Notes: generated by a model from the letters alone, not told the origin. 58,214 nucleotides of DNA from Candidatus Izemoplasmatales bacterium (GCA_050177605.1 JBFXGX010000010.1:1-58214); one strand, 5' to 3'; counted from the stretch's first letter, positions 31,929 through 43,484 are shown. Numbers and translations are program-made.

Positions 31929-32807
31929 TTAGGCTGATATAAAAGCCTTATTTTGAATTCTGTAACTAATAGGAGACATGTAATTGAGATAGGAATGCAT
32001 TCTCTTTCTGTTATAGAATAATTCAATATAGCGAAAGAGATCCATATCTACTTCAGATGGATTGAGATATTCCCTTCGATAGATACATTCCTTCTTAAGA
32101 CAAGAGAAGAAGCTTTCGATACAAGAATTATCAAATGGACAACCTCCACGACTCATACTCTGAATCATTCCATTGTCATTAAGGATATTCTTGAATCCAG
32201 CACCAACGTATTGGCTGCCTCTGTCACTATGAAATATTGTACCCTCTACATTAGGGTATTTGGCTATAGCATTCCCTATTGCCCTTTTTACTAGTTCTGT
32301 ATCAATGTTCTTACTGGCAGAATAACCAATTACTTCTCTATTGTATAGATCCATAACACAAGCAAGGTAATACCAGCCTATGGTTGTCTTGATATATGTG
32401 ATGTCACTGACCCAAACTTTGTTTGGTTCTTCCACTTTGAATTTCTGTTTTAATATATCATCAGCGAATCTTCCACTGGTCTTCTTGTGGGAGTATGCTC
32501 TGTATTTCTTTTTCACAACGGAGTAGAATCCGTTCTGGTGCATTATTTGGCGGACTTTCCACTCGCTGACTGCAAATCCTTCATTTGTCAGCTGCCTGTG
32601 TATTTTTCGGCTTCCGTAGACTTCTTTACTCTCTTTGAATACTCTCTCTACATCTCTAACAAGACCTAAGCCAGCTTCGCTTTTGAGATTCCTTCCGTCT
32701 TCTTGTCTTCGCCATTGATAATATCCTCGTTCTTTAACTCTTAATACAATGCACATCTTCCTCACGCTATGTTCCGAGGTCAACCTATGAATCGCTTCAT
32801 ACTTCAT
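31929..32807 (-). CDS. IS3 transposase OrfB (DDE)
   Basis: WVSDITY, FHSDRGSQY, DNSCIESFF, YNRKRMHS. Confidence 0.92.
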   Translation of the reverse strand: MKYEAIHRLTSEHSVRKMCIVLRVKERGYYQWRRQEDGRNLKSEAGLGLVRDVERVFKESKEVYGSRKIHRQLTNEGFAVSEWKVRQIMHQNGFYSVVKKKYRAYSHKKTSGRFADDILKQKFKVEEPNKVWVSDITYIKTTIGWYYLACVMDLYNREVIGYSASKNIDTELVKRAIGNAIAKYPNVEGTIFHSDRGSQYVGAGFKNILNDNGMIQSMSRGGCPFDNSCIESFFSCLKKECIYRREYLNPSEVDMDLFRYIELFYNRKRMHSYLNYMSPISYRIQNKAFISA

Positions 32808-33148
32808 TCGTGCTGTTCCATGAAGATGCGCAGGGATTTTTTTAGGATCTCTACCTTCTCTTTCTCTTCTTCTAAAAGTTTATTCTTTTGTTTGAGTGCT
32901 TTTTCCAGTTCTATGATTTTAAGATCCTTCTCATCTTTTCGCTTGTAGGGTCTTTTAACAATTCCTTTTTCCTCTGCGTAGGAAGGCATATTATTCTTTC
33001 TTCTGTGATCTCTCACCCATCTGCATACTGTGTTGACATCAATGCCTATCTCTTCTGCGACTGACGTCGCTGATTTTCCTGAATCGAGAATAAACTTCAC
33101 TGTTTTCTCTCTCATCTCTTCTGAATACTTACTACGGTTACTTGGCAT
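32804..33148 (-). CDS. IS3 transposase OrfA (HTH)
   Basis: KYSEEMREKTV...VAEEIGI...WV, coiled coil, EILKKS. Confidence 0.88.
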   Translation of the reverse strand: MPSNRSKYSEEMREKTVKFILDSGKSATSVAEEIGIDVNTVCRWVRDHRRKNNMPSYAEEKGIVKRPYKRKDEKDLKIIELEKALKQKNKLLEEEKEKVEILKKSLRIFMEQHE

Positions 33149-33191
33149 GGTTTCCTTTCCTTTCATTTTTGTATGCATATACTATTATACA

Positions 33192-33468
33192 CACTGTTCA
33201 AAAACCATACCAATCCACAATTCCAATGTACACAAGTAACATATTTTACTCTGGCTCTCCACAAAAAGGGATTCTAGACTTCACATCTAGAATCCCTTTA
33301 TTTTTATATGCATATACTATTATACACACTGTTTAAAAACCATACCAATCCAGTTTCACTCTTGTCTTGAACAAGTTGCATTCTTTTATGCATATGACAT
33401 CACATGTAACCACTGTTTAATAATCATTATACTCCAAAACCTTACTGTTTAAATTCCATCACAGTCCA
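33192..33468. repeat. Four tandem IS3-end-like 26-mers (ACTGTTYAA...TCCA)
   Basis: Copies end at 33217, 33352, 33436 and 33468. Confidence 0.65.
33265..33299. terminator. Strong hairpin between duplicated IS3 ends
   Basis: aaagggattctaga-cttcaca-tctagaatcccttt. Confidence 0.7.
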
Positions 33469-33616
33469 ATTACATTCTTGTCAAAAACAAGTTAAACTTA
33501 AACCCTATTCAACTCTATGATAAATCGTCATTTTTAAAACACTATAATAATACAAGCAGAAAGTTTACACTCACTGCTTGTTAGTAAATATTATTATAGA
33601 TTAATCAGGTTATATA

Positions 33617-34012
33617 CTATTTTTTAATTGAAATTTCAGTTTTTGTTAACTTATTTATAACATAAAAATATTTCTCTTTATCTTTTTTAAAAAATATAAG
33701 TATTTCGACTATTCTCCTAGTAAAAATATTCTTCAATGCTGCATTTTTGTGAACTTGAGAAGTTATTATTATACCCATAATTTTTTTACCATAACTCTGA
33801 AATTTAAATAGTCTATCAGAGAAAATATGGTGAATAACAATTAAAAACATATACAACCAAAATAAATAAGTACCTAACCCATTAAAAGATTGAGATATAG
33901 TATTATATAATAATGCAAAACCAATTATCAACGTAACTGATATAAGTATGTCTATTAAAACACTAATTAAATACTTATTTAGTAATATTTTATTAAAAGT
34001 TTGATTATTCAT
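33617..34012 (-). CDS. RDD-like membrane protein, putative immunity paralog
   Basis: SDRLFKFQSYGKKIMGI...RRIVE. Confidence 0.55.
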   Translation of the reverse strand: MNNQTFNKILLNKYLISVLIDILISVTLIIGFALLYNTISQSFNGLGTYLFWLYMFLIVIHHIFSDRLFKFQSYGKKIMGIIITSQVHKNAALKNIFTRRIVEILIFFKKDKEKYFYVINKLTKTEISIKK

Positions 34013-34017
34013 AATGT

Positions 34018-34422
34018 TTAATCCTTTTTTCCTAACAAAAAAATCTTGCTATTAGTTTTGGACTGTATTCTTTTCCAAGCTTCTTCTTGGTCATTATAGT
34101 AAAACGGATTATATATTAACTCTAGAATCCTTCTATAAGCTATTTGCTTTAAAGTTAGATTATTTCTCTCACTTGATGTATGTTTCATACTCGATATAGA
34201 AATACCATATAATCTTTTTCCTAAACTTCTCCCACCAAAAATCCTATCCGAGATAAAAAAACTTATAAACACTATCAATATAGATATAGTTAAAATGAAT
34301 CCTTGTTGTTCCAACATATAGAACATTACCAAATAAACCAGAATGGTAAGTATAAAAAACATAAACTGATCAAACAACACACTTTTGTTATACTTCTTGA
34401 TTGCTTCTCTAGTCACTTTCAT
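34018..34422 (-). CDS. RDD-like membrane protein, putative cognate immunity
   Basis: SDRIFGGRSLGKRLYGI...RRILE; start overlaps the Rhs 3' end. Confidence 0.6.
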   Translation of the reverse strand: MKVTREAIKKYNKSVLFDQFMFFILTILVYLVMFYMLEQQGFILTISILIVFISFFISDRIFGGRSLGKRLYGISISSMKHTSSERNNLTLKQIAYRRILELIYNPFYYNDQEEAWKRIQSKTNSKIFLLGKKD

Positions 34423-37400
34423 TATCGCTTCCTCCTTTAAATGCGTCAACAATCAGACCAAAGAAATCAATATCATACGATGCAGAAAATGAACCAACTC
34501 CTGGTTGTCCACCTGAAATTGACCATGATAATCCAGCTCCATAAGATTGTAAGTCAAGTGGATTGGTTGGATCTACTGATACATAGAATATTAAGAACGA
34601 TGCTGTAATTGACTGTGATCCATCTTCATTAATTGAATGACTTCCACCAAAAGGACCAACTTGAGCATTAACTGTTGTGGTAGACTCTGAACACTCTCCA
34701 TATGCATTACATGACTCACTTGTAATATTAGTTTGAACTCCAAAACCTACTCCCATTGCATCACCACCAAATCCAGCTGAATCAGGTGTTCCTCCACCTG
34801 CAGATACACTAATATTATCTCCTGTACCGCTGTCAGCAGGTGTTGTTGCAACAACACAAAAAGCAACAAGCGAAGACACTAATATAACAGTTAATGTTAA
34901 TAGTATGGATTCTCCCTCTGGATCAACATAAGCTATTGGGTTATTTTCACAATACGCATACATATTTGTTGACTTAAGACTAGTATCTCTTCCTAATAAT
35001 CCATCTGAATTAATAAATCTGGAAATTTCAGGATTGTAATAACGTGTTTTTAAATAATAAAAACTCGTTTCAGTATCATACTTATAGCTTCGGTACCTAA
35101 ATGAGTTTGCATTTGCTATATAGGCATCACCAATTACTTTAACAACGTTACCAAAAGCATCATATTTATATTCAACAGCAACCGTTCCAGAGGTTGTTAT
35201 GATATGAGTGATGTCCCCAAACTGATTCATAACATAAATGTAATCAAACGTATAACCTTGAGAATATAGAGTAAACCCTATTATAGTTCCATAATAATCG
35301 TAATTATATAGTATTTTGTAATCTTGATTTCTTAGTCCAGTTATACTATCATATCCATTATCCACGATCTCTGCTACTAACGAAGATCCAGACAATATGT
35401 AATCATAGGTTGTCATTCCAAGAGGATCCTCAATGACTTTCTTGATTCTTATTCGCTCATCGTTATAAGTATAATCTATTTCAGCCACAACTGCAAGCGA
35501 TGAATTGTAAACAGTTATATTGACCAGTTCTCTACCATCCCAGTGCAAGGTCGCAAAGTTGTATTTCGTTCCCATATAATTGAAATTTGTTATTTGAGTA
35601 GGGTTCCCTTGATTATCATATGAGATATTACTTGTTTTAGTCACTCCATTATCTAAAACACTATATGACTCAAGTTGATCCAACCAATCATCATCATATG
35701 TATATGAAACATGTTTTTCAGCACTTCTGAAATCACCGACTGGATTACCGACTTTAAAGACTATCCTGAATGTTAAATCATAGTTACTATATGTTGCATG
35801 ATATGTTCGATAATAATATCCCTCAACTGAGGTGTTCAAATTGCTATAAGTCATTGCAGTTGTCATTCCAGTTAAAGGATAGTCATGATTTGAATCCCAC
35901 ATATCATAATATATAAATGATAGCGATGGGGTTTGTCCAATGGCAAGATTATAAGTATCCATATAATCATTACTTCCGTTGTAGAACATGACTGCTGTAT
36001 AACTACCATTATTACTCAAATAATAGGAAGGAATAGTTGGGCTTACTGTATCACTGATGCCATATCCATATTCTCTAATATCAATTATATTTCCATTTAT
36101 ATCATAGTAATAGTATTTGGAATAATTTGTATTTTCGTATGCACTTTCAGTTGTGTATTGATAGTCTCTGGAACTCTCTTGAATCAATTGATTATAATCA
36201 TCATAGACATATTCTTTTTTAACTTGAACAGATCCGTTTTCCTTATATTCTTCCTTGGTAATATTACCAAGACTATCGTAATAATATTTATATGAAATAT
36301 CCGTATATCCTGAATAAGTAAAATTATATGTGATCTCGTCAATCCTAGTAGTGTTTGTAACGTAATCAAACTCCAAATTAAAATAACTTGTTGAATTGCT
36401 GTTTAAGAAATACTTGATTTCTAGTAGATTGCGTAGACCATAATCATTATAGATGTAGTCTTTCTTGATTGTGTTATTTCCGTTATTATATAATGTAAAA
36501 TCATAGAAATCCTGTTCAGCACCAGTCTCAAAATTATAATAAGTATTTGATGTTATCGTTCCGAAATTGTATTCAATATTACTCAAATTGCCTTGATCAT
36601 CATATTGATAAACAATTTCATCATCATTACTAAATTTAACCTTTGATAATCTTCCCTGCATATCATATTCGTAATTTTCAGAGGTTCCGTTCACCAGATC
36701 TTCATACACTGATACTCTGCCATATGAATCATATAAATAATGAAATCTTGTTACTTCTGTACCAAAACTATTGGTAAATCTAATATATTCAACTTGACCA
36801 TCTTCATTGTAAACAAAAGAAATCTCATCACCATTTCCATATGTCTGATTAGATAATATTCCTGTTTCAACACCATCGTTTTCATCAAGTAACAAATCTC
36901 TGAATTCAAGAGTATATGTTGAAGAACTGTAGAAAGCAATTATTACATACTGAGTTGTACTGCTTGTTGTAAACTCTTTTGTCAATTCTCCCGGGCTACT
37001 GATATATGAACTTTTCTGAACTCGAATATATGTAGATGTACTAGGATCTCCTGAATATTCAAAAATATTGAACATTGCTGATCCAGTTATTGACAGAATA
37101 TCCGCGGACACTGTATATGTTGTACTTCCTTCTACCTCAATAAATCCACCAAAATTAGGATCAACATTAATCTGGTTTGCCTGAAGTTCAACAGTTTCAT
37201 CATTATAGGTTACAGTTGAATAACCACTACTTGTATAAATTATTCCGCTTGACTCATAAATATTGTTATTTCCAAAATCGTATACATTAATCAAATTTAC
37301 TTCATTCTCCAAATAAGAATAACTCATTAATAGTTGAGTATTAACCATAACTTGATCCATTCTTCCAGCATCATCATAATGAATAAAGTATGAATAATCT

Positions 37401-40400
37401 TCATCAAGTTCAATCTCAATAAGACGATTCTGATCATCATAAACATATTTTACATAAGGAGCTCCAGTCGATGACTCACCAACATAAACTCTATATAACA
37501 TTCCGTTATCATAATATTCATATTGAGTCTTCACTCCTTTTGCATTCTCAATATATTCTAATAAACCTGTTAATTCTTCAGTCTGATATTCAGTGGTGTT
37601 TCCAAATTCATCAGTCGAAGTTGCAAGATATTGGCTATTCCACATATATGTAGTACTAGTTGTAAAATAGGTTGTTTCATATCCCTGCGTCATTTCATAA
37701 TATGATCCGTATCCACTTATTTCCATGCCTGTAACTTGACCGTAACTGTTATAAGTTGGTGTGGATTTGATATTGTTTTTTTCTACATATTCGAGTTCTG
37801 ATCCATCAGAATCCAACTCCATGACAACATTATTATTCTCATCTATCGCCTGATATGGATAATAATCTTCATCACTTGCATAAAGGAAGTTATATTCCTT
37901 TCCATCATCCCAAGTAATTCTAATTAACCTATCAAGATCATCATATTCATAAGCTTTATTTGAAGCTTCAAAAAATACAGAAATACCATCAAAAATAACT
38001 TCTCCCAAACCTTGATATTCAAAAGAGATTCTTGCTGATGTGTAAGTGTAACTTGGTACATCAATTTCTCCATAGATATATTGCCAACTATATATACATT
38101 GATTAAAATCCACATGTTGTGTGTCTTCGCTATTTATTACATTTCCGTTGCTGTCAACAAACTCTACAGTTATTCTAAAAACCTTATCACCATCATAATT
38201 TGTATTTCCAACAAGAGGTGAAGAGTATGTATTCGCCCAAGAACCAACATAAAATGTTCCACCATTTCCAATCTGATCGAAATAGTTTTTCTCGATTGTT
38301 GTTGAGATGCTTCTAATATCAGTAGCAGAACCTTTTATACCAACAGCATGTTCGCTTAAAATCCATTCGAATGTATCATTAATGTCATTATTTCCATCAT
38401 TGATAGAATAATATGTCGTATAGTTTGGATCCGAAATAACCCATCCAGTTGTACCATTATTTTCAAATGAGGAATTCTCAACAATATTGACTCTACTGTC
38501 ATTAATGCCATCTACTACACTCACATTATCAAATCGTACATTTCCACCAGTTTCATTATACAAATATAGTGTAATCTCTGTATTATCTTCTCTAACATAA
38601 ATAGGAACACTGACATTCTGCCATCCACTACCACTCTCGACCTCTTCTGATGATACGCCAAGAACTTGTATATATGCTCCATTATCAGATCCAGATGTAT
38701 TATAAATGCTTGCCCTAAATGTATAGACGCCTTCATTTAGCACGATATCTTGATAGGCATATCCCCCAGTTGAAAAATCATTGGTTGCTATTGAATAATT
38801 ACCAACACATTCAATTGATGATTTATATGCTGTTAATTGTGATAATGACCATCCTGTATATGTTCCAATTTCAAAGCTGTAATTTTCTACCGGATTGTAT
38901 GTTAGCTTTTGTGGTACAGATTGATAAATCAACTCGTTATTTCTATAATAGTTATAATCACCACTAACATATGTTGATTCATCATTAAAAATATCTATGT
39001 AATTGTAATAGACTGTATTTGTTTTTTTATCAATTATATTTGTTGTATGACCATAATCATCAAATTTGTAAATAACAAAACTACCCGTGTGATCAGTAAT
39101 CGTTGTTTCCCTGAAACCATAATCGTAATTTACTTCTGAAAATTTTGTTGTATCGAAAAACGACTCTATAGTCATAATTTTATCGTTTATTGTGTTTATA
39201 TAAGTATATTCTATTTTTTCTCCATTTGTTACATACGCATACTGCAGTCTATCATAATAGTCATAGTCATAATTTGCTGTCGCATCAATATTGGTATCAT
39301 TATCCTGATCATAATCAGAATAGTACTTAACTTGACTTATATCCTCTGTTCCAGATTCATATGTATAAACAACCTTTTCAAGGTAGTCTGTTGAAGTGCC
39401 ATCAGACTCTATTTTCGCTGTTCGAAGTAAAATATACGACAAACTGTCGTTTGAATAGTAAAATCTTAAGTAATTATTCGATGAATCTTTAACATAGTTG
39501 ATTCGATCGGGATATGTTGAATCTCTACTGATGGTTATATAAAGGCTATACTCAATCTCCTTTATGCTTGTTAAATAACCTGAATTATTGTACGAAAATC
39601 TATTTGCTCCATCATATATATAATAACCTGCTAATGACCCATATATTGTCTTTTTATTAAGTATTTTTGCTGATCCATCTTCACTTACATAACATGTGTC
39701 TGTATATGGATATCCGGAGAGATAATTGCTTGGACATGAAGTTGGATAATAATAGACAATATTCCCTGTAAAGTCCGTGGTATAGTACAAATCCAAATCA
39801 TCATCATAATCTATCTTAGTATTATAACTAACATTCCAACCGTCTCCATAGCCAATATTATTATCCTTTTCCGAATTATTGTATGCAAAACTCACACCTA
39901 AACTCTGTTTATCCGTTGCAAAACTAAAGTCGGTTCTTGTAAAAGTAAGATATCCTGTATAATCTGATACATAGCCAGTACCAACAATCCCAATATCTTG
40001 AGAATTATAGGTCCAGTAATCTTTAATTCCAAAAGTATTCACAAAACCAATTTCGACAACAGGCCCCAATGTACTACTGTAGTTTTCAGAATTAAACCAA
40101 ATATAGCCATATTCTCCTTCATCCTGGCTTCTCAATTCTATCGTTCTGTATGGAGTTGAACTATTAGTCCACCTCTGCATATTATATGTAATGTCAAACA
40201 TATATGTTCCGGTATCTCCATCGGAATAGAGAACATTTGCAAAATCAATTTCTCTGGAACTAGTTATATTCAACCCTTCTGCGTTTATATTATCATAATC
40301 AACAGTAGCGAGCACTTCTTTTGCAAGAATAGTACAATCGTTTGTACAATAATTTCTTCCAGTATAGGTTTGAAGATATAGATGTGCATAATTAATTTTA

Positions 40401-41455
40401 ACATCATCCGGTATCTGACTTATGTCAAATTCCAAGTAACTTCTATAAGCTACAGAACCACTATACCCTGCTTTTATGTAGTTTGTGTCCAGACTGCTTG
40501 AACCAAAAACATATTTATCTCTAATAAGGTTGTCGTCACCATAATAGGTAACTGTAGGATCAATAGTAACTGGATAATTGGCATTCTTCAAAAACTCATC
40601 ATTAGGCTTGATTTCAATCTGATACTCATCTTTTTTGATTTGATTAACTACTAATCCAATGTCGCTGGATTCCGCGCCTTCGGAATCAAACATAACCATA
40701 TTGTTAAGCAGGAAGATTATTTCGTTTTCCTCATTCATAAACACAAAATTACCGTTTGCATCTTCCGACAGAATCAGACCTTTAAGAGTATATGTAAATG
40801 ACATCCTAAAATCCTCAATATATTTCTCTAGTAATATATTTTCTTTGATTTCATTTCCGTTCAGGATATACTCAAGATTAACGTTGTTTTGGACATTATC
40901 ATAAACAAGTTGTTGACTGATATTTGTTAAATCTTTAATGTTATTTGATAATTTTGCATTGTCATAATAGTTTATATCAGATTTATCAATACCCGTAACC
41001 GTCCAACTGATTTGATAATCATTATAGTTAAGTTTGAATTTCTTGTTTTCATCAATTTCCTTAGGAAATTTAATAGAGAAACTATTAGCGGTATTTGCGT
41101 ACTCGTTAGTAGATTCATCGTAAATCAACGAATTATCAATGTCTTTTAACTCGCCATCTTGTTCATAATGAATAACGCTATTATATATCGCCATAACATA
41201 AGTTCCATCTACTTTTCTGAAAGTTTTAGAGTCACTAGTTCTTTTGGATATAACTTCGCTGTCTATTTCTAAACTAGATATATCAAAATCAACATCGGAT
41301 GTGGTTTTGTAGTTTATTACCTCATCAGCATTTGACTCGACATTCAAACCGGAATCATATGAATCATAAGCATAAACCAACCTATTGTTCTGTGGAATAA
41401 CACTGTTTGCAACCATAAATAAACATAAAATTATTGATACAATTTTTCTTAACAT
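34409..41455 (-). CDS. Secreted WapA-like Rhs/YD-repeat polymorphic toxin (2348 aa)
   Basis: Signal peptide; YPVTIDP; repeated VENxSFE CBM-like modules; YD repeats; RYYNPEISRF...NNPIAYVDPEG core followed by a variable tip. Confidence 0.9.
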   Translation of the reverse strand: MLRKIVSIILCLFMVANSVIPQNNRLVYAYDSYDSGLNVESNADEVINYKTTSDVDFDISSLEIDSEVISKRTSDSKTFRKVDGTYVMAIYNSVIHYEQDGELKDIDNSLIYDESTNEYANTANSFSIKFPKEIDENKKFKLNYNDYQISWTVTGIDKSDINYYDNAKLSNNIKDLTNISQQLVYDNVQNNVNLEYILNGNEIKENILLEKYIEDFRMSFTYTLKGLILSEDANGNFVFMNEENEIIFLLNNMVMFDSEGAESSDIGLVVNQIKKDEYQIEIKPNDEFLKNANYPVTIDPTVTYYGDDNLIRDKYVFGSSSLDTNYIKAGYSGSVAYRSYLEFDISQIPDDVKINYAHLYLQTYTGRNYCTNDCTILAKEVLATVDYDNINAEGLNITSSREIDFANVLYSDGDTGTYMFDITYNMQRWTNSSTPYRTIELRSQDEGEYGYIWFNSENYSSTLGPVVEIGFVNTFGIKDYWTYNSQDIGIVGTGYVSDYTGYLTFTRTDFSFATDKQSLGVSFAYNNSEKDNNIGYGDGWNVSYNTKIDYDDDLDLYYTTDFTGNIVYYYPTSCPSNYLSGYPYTDTCYVSEDGSAKILNKKTIYGSLAGYYIYDGANRFSYNNSGYLTSIKEIEYSLYITISRDSTYPDRINYVKDSSNNYLRFYYSNDSLSYILLRTAKIESDGTSTDYLEKVVYTYESGTEDISQVKYYSDYDQDNDTNIDATANYDYDYYDRLQYAYVTNGEKIEYTYINTINDKIMTIESFFDTTKFSEVNYDYGFRETTITDHTGSFVIYKFDDYGHTTNIIDKKTNTVYYNYIDIFNDESTYVSGDYNYYRNNELIYQSVPQKLTYNPVENYSFEIGTYTGWSLSQLTAYKSSIECVGNYSIATNDFSTGGYAYQDIVLNEGVYTFRASIYNTSGSDNGAYIQVLGVSSEEVESGSGWQNVSVPIYVREDNTEITLYLYNETGGNVRFDNVSVVDGINDSRVNIVENSSFENNGTTGWVISDPNYTTYYSINDGNNDINDTFEWILSEHAVGIKGSATDIRSISTTIEKNYFDQIGNGGTFYVGSWANTYSSPLVGNTNYDGDKVFRITVEFVDSNGNVINSEDTQHVDFNQCIYSWQYIYGEIDVPSYTYTSARISFEYQGLGEVIFDGISVFFEASNKAYEYDDLDRLIRITWDDGKEYNFLYASDEDYYPYQAIDENNNVVMELDSDGSELEYVEKNNIKSTPTYNSYGQVTGMEISGYGSYYEMTQGYETTYFTTSTTYMWNSQYLATSTDEFGNTTEYQTEELTGLLEYIENAKGVKTQYEYYDNGMLYRVYVGESSTGAPYVKYVYDDQNRLIEIELDEDYSYFIHYDDAGRMDQVMVNTQLLMSYSYLENEVNLINVYDFGNNNIYESSGIIYTSSGYSTVTYNDETVELQANQINVDPNFGGFIEVEGSTTYTVSADILSITGSAMFNIFEYSGDPSTSTYIRVQKSSYISSPGELTKEFTTSSTTQYVIIAFYSSSTYTLEFRDLLLDENDGVETGILSNQTYGNGDEISFVYNEDGQVEYIRFTNSFGTEVTRFHYLYDSYGRVSVYEDLVNGTSENYEYDMQGRLSKVKFSNDDEIVYQYDDQGNLSNIEYNFGTITSNTYYNFETGAEQDFYDFTLYNNGNNTIKKDYIYNDYGLRNLLEIKYFLNSNSTSYFNLEFDYVTNTTRIDEITYNFTYSGYTDISYKYYYDSLGNITKEEYKENGSVQVKKEYVYDDYNQLIQESSRDYQYTTESAYENTNYSKYYYYDINGNIIDIREYGYGISDTVSPTIPSYYLSNNGSYTAVMFYNGSNDYMDTYNLAIGQTPSLSFIYYDMWDSNHDYPLTGMTTAMTYSNLNTSVEGYYYRTYHATYSNYDLTFRIVFKVGNPVGDFRSAEKHVSYTYDDDWLDQLESYSVLDNGVTKTSNISYDNQGNPTQITNFNYMGTKYNFATLHWDGRELVNITVYNSSLAVVAEIDYTYNDERIRIKKVIEDPLGMTTYDYILSGSSLVAEIVDNGYDSITGLRNQDYKILYNYDYYGTIIGFTLYSQGYTFDYIYVMNQFGDITHIITTSGTVAVEYKYDAFGNVVKVIGDAYIANANSFRYRSYKYDTETSFYYLKTRYYNPEISRFINSDGLLGRDTSLKSTNMYAYCENNPIAYVDPEGESILLTLTVILVSSLVAFCVVATTPADSGTGDNISVSAGGGTPDSAGFGGDAMGVGFGVQTNITSESCNAYGECSESTTTVNAQVGPFGGSHSINEDGSQSITASFLIFYVSVDPTNPLDLQSYGAGLSWSISGGQPGVGSFSASYDIDFFGLIVDAFKGGSDNESD

Positions 41456-41528
41456 TTTTCTTTTCCCCTATAAATGTTTTTGCAGTACAAAATACACGTT
41501 TACACGTGTTTGTTATTATTTATCACTT

Positions 41529-41810
41529 CTAACTTCTTTTAACACAATACTGACTTGGTCTATCTGGGCCATCAGCTTTGCTTCTGTTGTTTTCCCAGTG
41601 CAAAGGCTGTAGATTGCTGATGTTATTGCTTCCGCCACGACTGATTGGATTGATGTGGTCTATCTCCCAACCAAATCTTGTCTGCATTCCATACGATGCT
41701 TTTGCAATCACTGCTCCGCATTTGTCTTTTCTTTTTTGGTTTGGATCAACCCCTTGTATAGGTGTCGCTTTTTCCCAAACCTGATTAATTACTGACTGTG
41801 AAAAATCCAT
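41529..41810 (-). CDS. Small HNH endonuclease
   Basis: GWEIDHINPISRGGSNNISNLQPLHWENNRSK. Confidence 0.85.
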   Translation of the reverse strand: MDFSQSVINQVWEKATPIQGVDPNQKRKDKCGAVIAKASYGMQTRFGWEIDHINPISRGGSNNISNLQPLHWENNRSKADGPDRPSQYCVKRS

Positions 41811-41861
41811 TTTATATATCCTCCTTAAATTTCATTTATATATCAGTTTTGTGTCTTATCT

Positions 41862-43484
41862 TTATTGTTTGATATATCTTATAAATGTTAAACCAACCTC
41901 TGGATATCCCCATTTCTTGATTTGATTTACGGTTCTTACTACATTCACTTTACTAAAAAAAGGAATGTGAGACTTACCTGAAGCTGGTATTTCTTTACTG
42001 GTAACAATCCCCATTATTACATTACACTCACCACTTGAAAAAGAACCAATCTTAGTTCCAGTGTTTTCATCGTTCATTTTCTTAAGTATTTTGTCGTGAA
42101 AATATCCATCCTTAAATAGATCAGCCGAAACAGCGGCTTGAGAAAACAGATGACTTAATACGCTTGAACTTCCATATCTCTTAATGTGGATGAATGATTT
42201 TTCTGCTTTGTCAAACAAATCACAGATTTCTAATTTTCTACCTGAGTCACTAAATTCTCTATGATCCAATAAAATATATTTATCCTTATTGCTTTCATAA
42301 ACCTTTCTATTATATTCAGCTTCATTATTCTCACTAGTATATGGCATCAAAGTCGGAAAAGGAGATATCTTCAAGTACTCATCTTCATACTGATGATAAA
42401 ACTCTTTGCGTACTTCGAAAATTCTGCTGTCATTCAGAACATATTGAGCATCATCCACCAGAACTGATGCATACATACAATTAAACAATTTCCAATTGAT
42501 ATGTTCTAGGCTACCATCACTTGAATTTATTTTGACTTTGAACTTCTTAAGGATTTCCAGTTTCTCAATCTCGCTAAAATATGGTTCCAAGTATTCATGA
42601 ATTACATCATAATCTATTGAATCAACTTCTTTTGCTACTGCAAGGTTTGAATCTATTGCTTTTCCTTTATATAGCAGAAATGATTCAATCACATCCCAAT
42701 TAACATCTTCTGGAACCGAAAACCAAACCTTACCGGTATCTTGGGCAAAGAAGGCTTTCAATATTTCTTCATATATTTTTGGTATCAATGGATTCTTTTC
42801 TGTAATTTCTTTCATATTATCGATGAAACTGTATTCTTCTTTATATGTATCCTCTTCATATGTACTCATGCATTTTTCTAAAAGTGTATTTAACTCATCA
42901 AATCCAAAATGAGTAACTAATGACAAAGATTCACGTCCAGATAAATTCCCTATCGCAAAATCATTTGTCTTGGGTTTCACACTCACTCCATACAGTAAAT
43001 CTTGCTCAATATCGAAGACAAATTCATCTAGAGTCTGTTCGTGTGTTGCGCTTTCTTTCGATCTTGACATCGTGCTGCTTACACTTTTTTTGTTTACTGA
43101 GTAGATTTTATCCGCTAGATTTAATGCAATTTTCATTCCAAATCTGTCTTCAAATTTCTCCATGTCAAGCATGTTCTCCCCATTACCAAAAGTAATTGCG
43201 AATCTTCTTTCTTCTTCTTTGTATACTATTTTTCTAAATATCAATCCCATTGCATATGAAACAACCAGATATACATCTGATTCCTCTTGATCTAGATATG
43301 TTCTGAACCATCCTGGATTTCTACCACCATATGCTCGATAATACAATACGGTTTCTTCTTCATCTCCTAGTTTGAGTATGCGGGGGTAGTTTTTATCTCC
43401 TTCTTCATACTTGAGTAATTTTTCATCAGGGTCGTCTATATCTTTCTTAACAAGAAAAATCTTAATTCTATGATTGTCACTCAT
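41862..43484 (-). CDS. TIGR04141/DUF6119-like sporadically distributed protein
   Basis: FAITFGNG, RFGMKIALN, LEICDL...FIHIKR...SSVLSHLFSQ. Confidence 0.7.
   Translation of the reverse strand: MSDNHRIKIFLVKKDIDDPDEKLLKYEEGDKNYPRILKLGDEEETVLYYRAYGGRNPGWFRTYLDQEESDVYLVVSYAMGLIFRKIVYKEEERRFAITFGNGENMLDMEKFEDRFGMKIALNLADKIYSVNKKSVSSTMSRSKESATHEQTLDEFVFDIEQDLLYGVSVKPKTNDFAIGNLSGRESLSLVTHFGFDELNTLLEKCMSTYEEDTYKEEYSFIDNMKEITEKNPLIPKIYEEILKAFFAQDTGKVWFSVPEDVNWDVIESFLLYKGKAIDSNLAVAKEVDSIDYDVIHEYLEPYFSEIEKLEILKKFKVKINSSDGSLEHINWKLFNCMYASVLVDDAQYVLNDSRIFEVRKEFYHQYEDEYLKISPFPTLMPYTSENNEAEYNRKVYESNKDKYILLDHREFSDSGRKLEICDLFDKAEKSFIHIKRYGSSSVLSHLFSQAAVSADLFKDGYFHDKILKKMNDENTGTKIGSFSSGECNVIMGIVTSKEIPASGKSHIPFFSKVNVVRTVNQIKKWGYPEVGLTFIRYIKQ

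Larger units (their letters stand above)
31866..33217 (-). mobile_element. IS3-family insertion sequence
   Basis: Imperfect TGGATT...AACAG terminal IRs, orfA plus orfB; no target duplication visible. Confidence 0.88.

Noticed and set aside
33192..33468. CRISPR array
   Set aside because: Repeats are degenerate, irregularly spaced and match IS3 termini; no cas genes.
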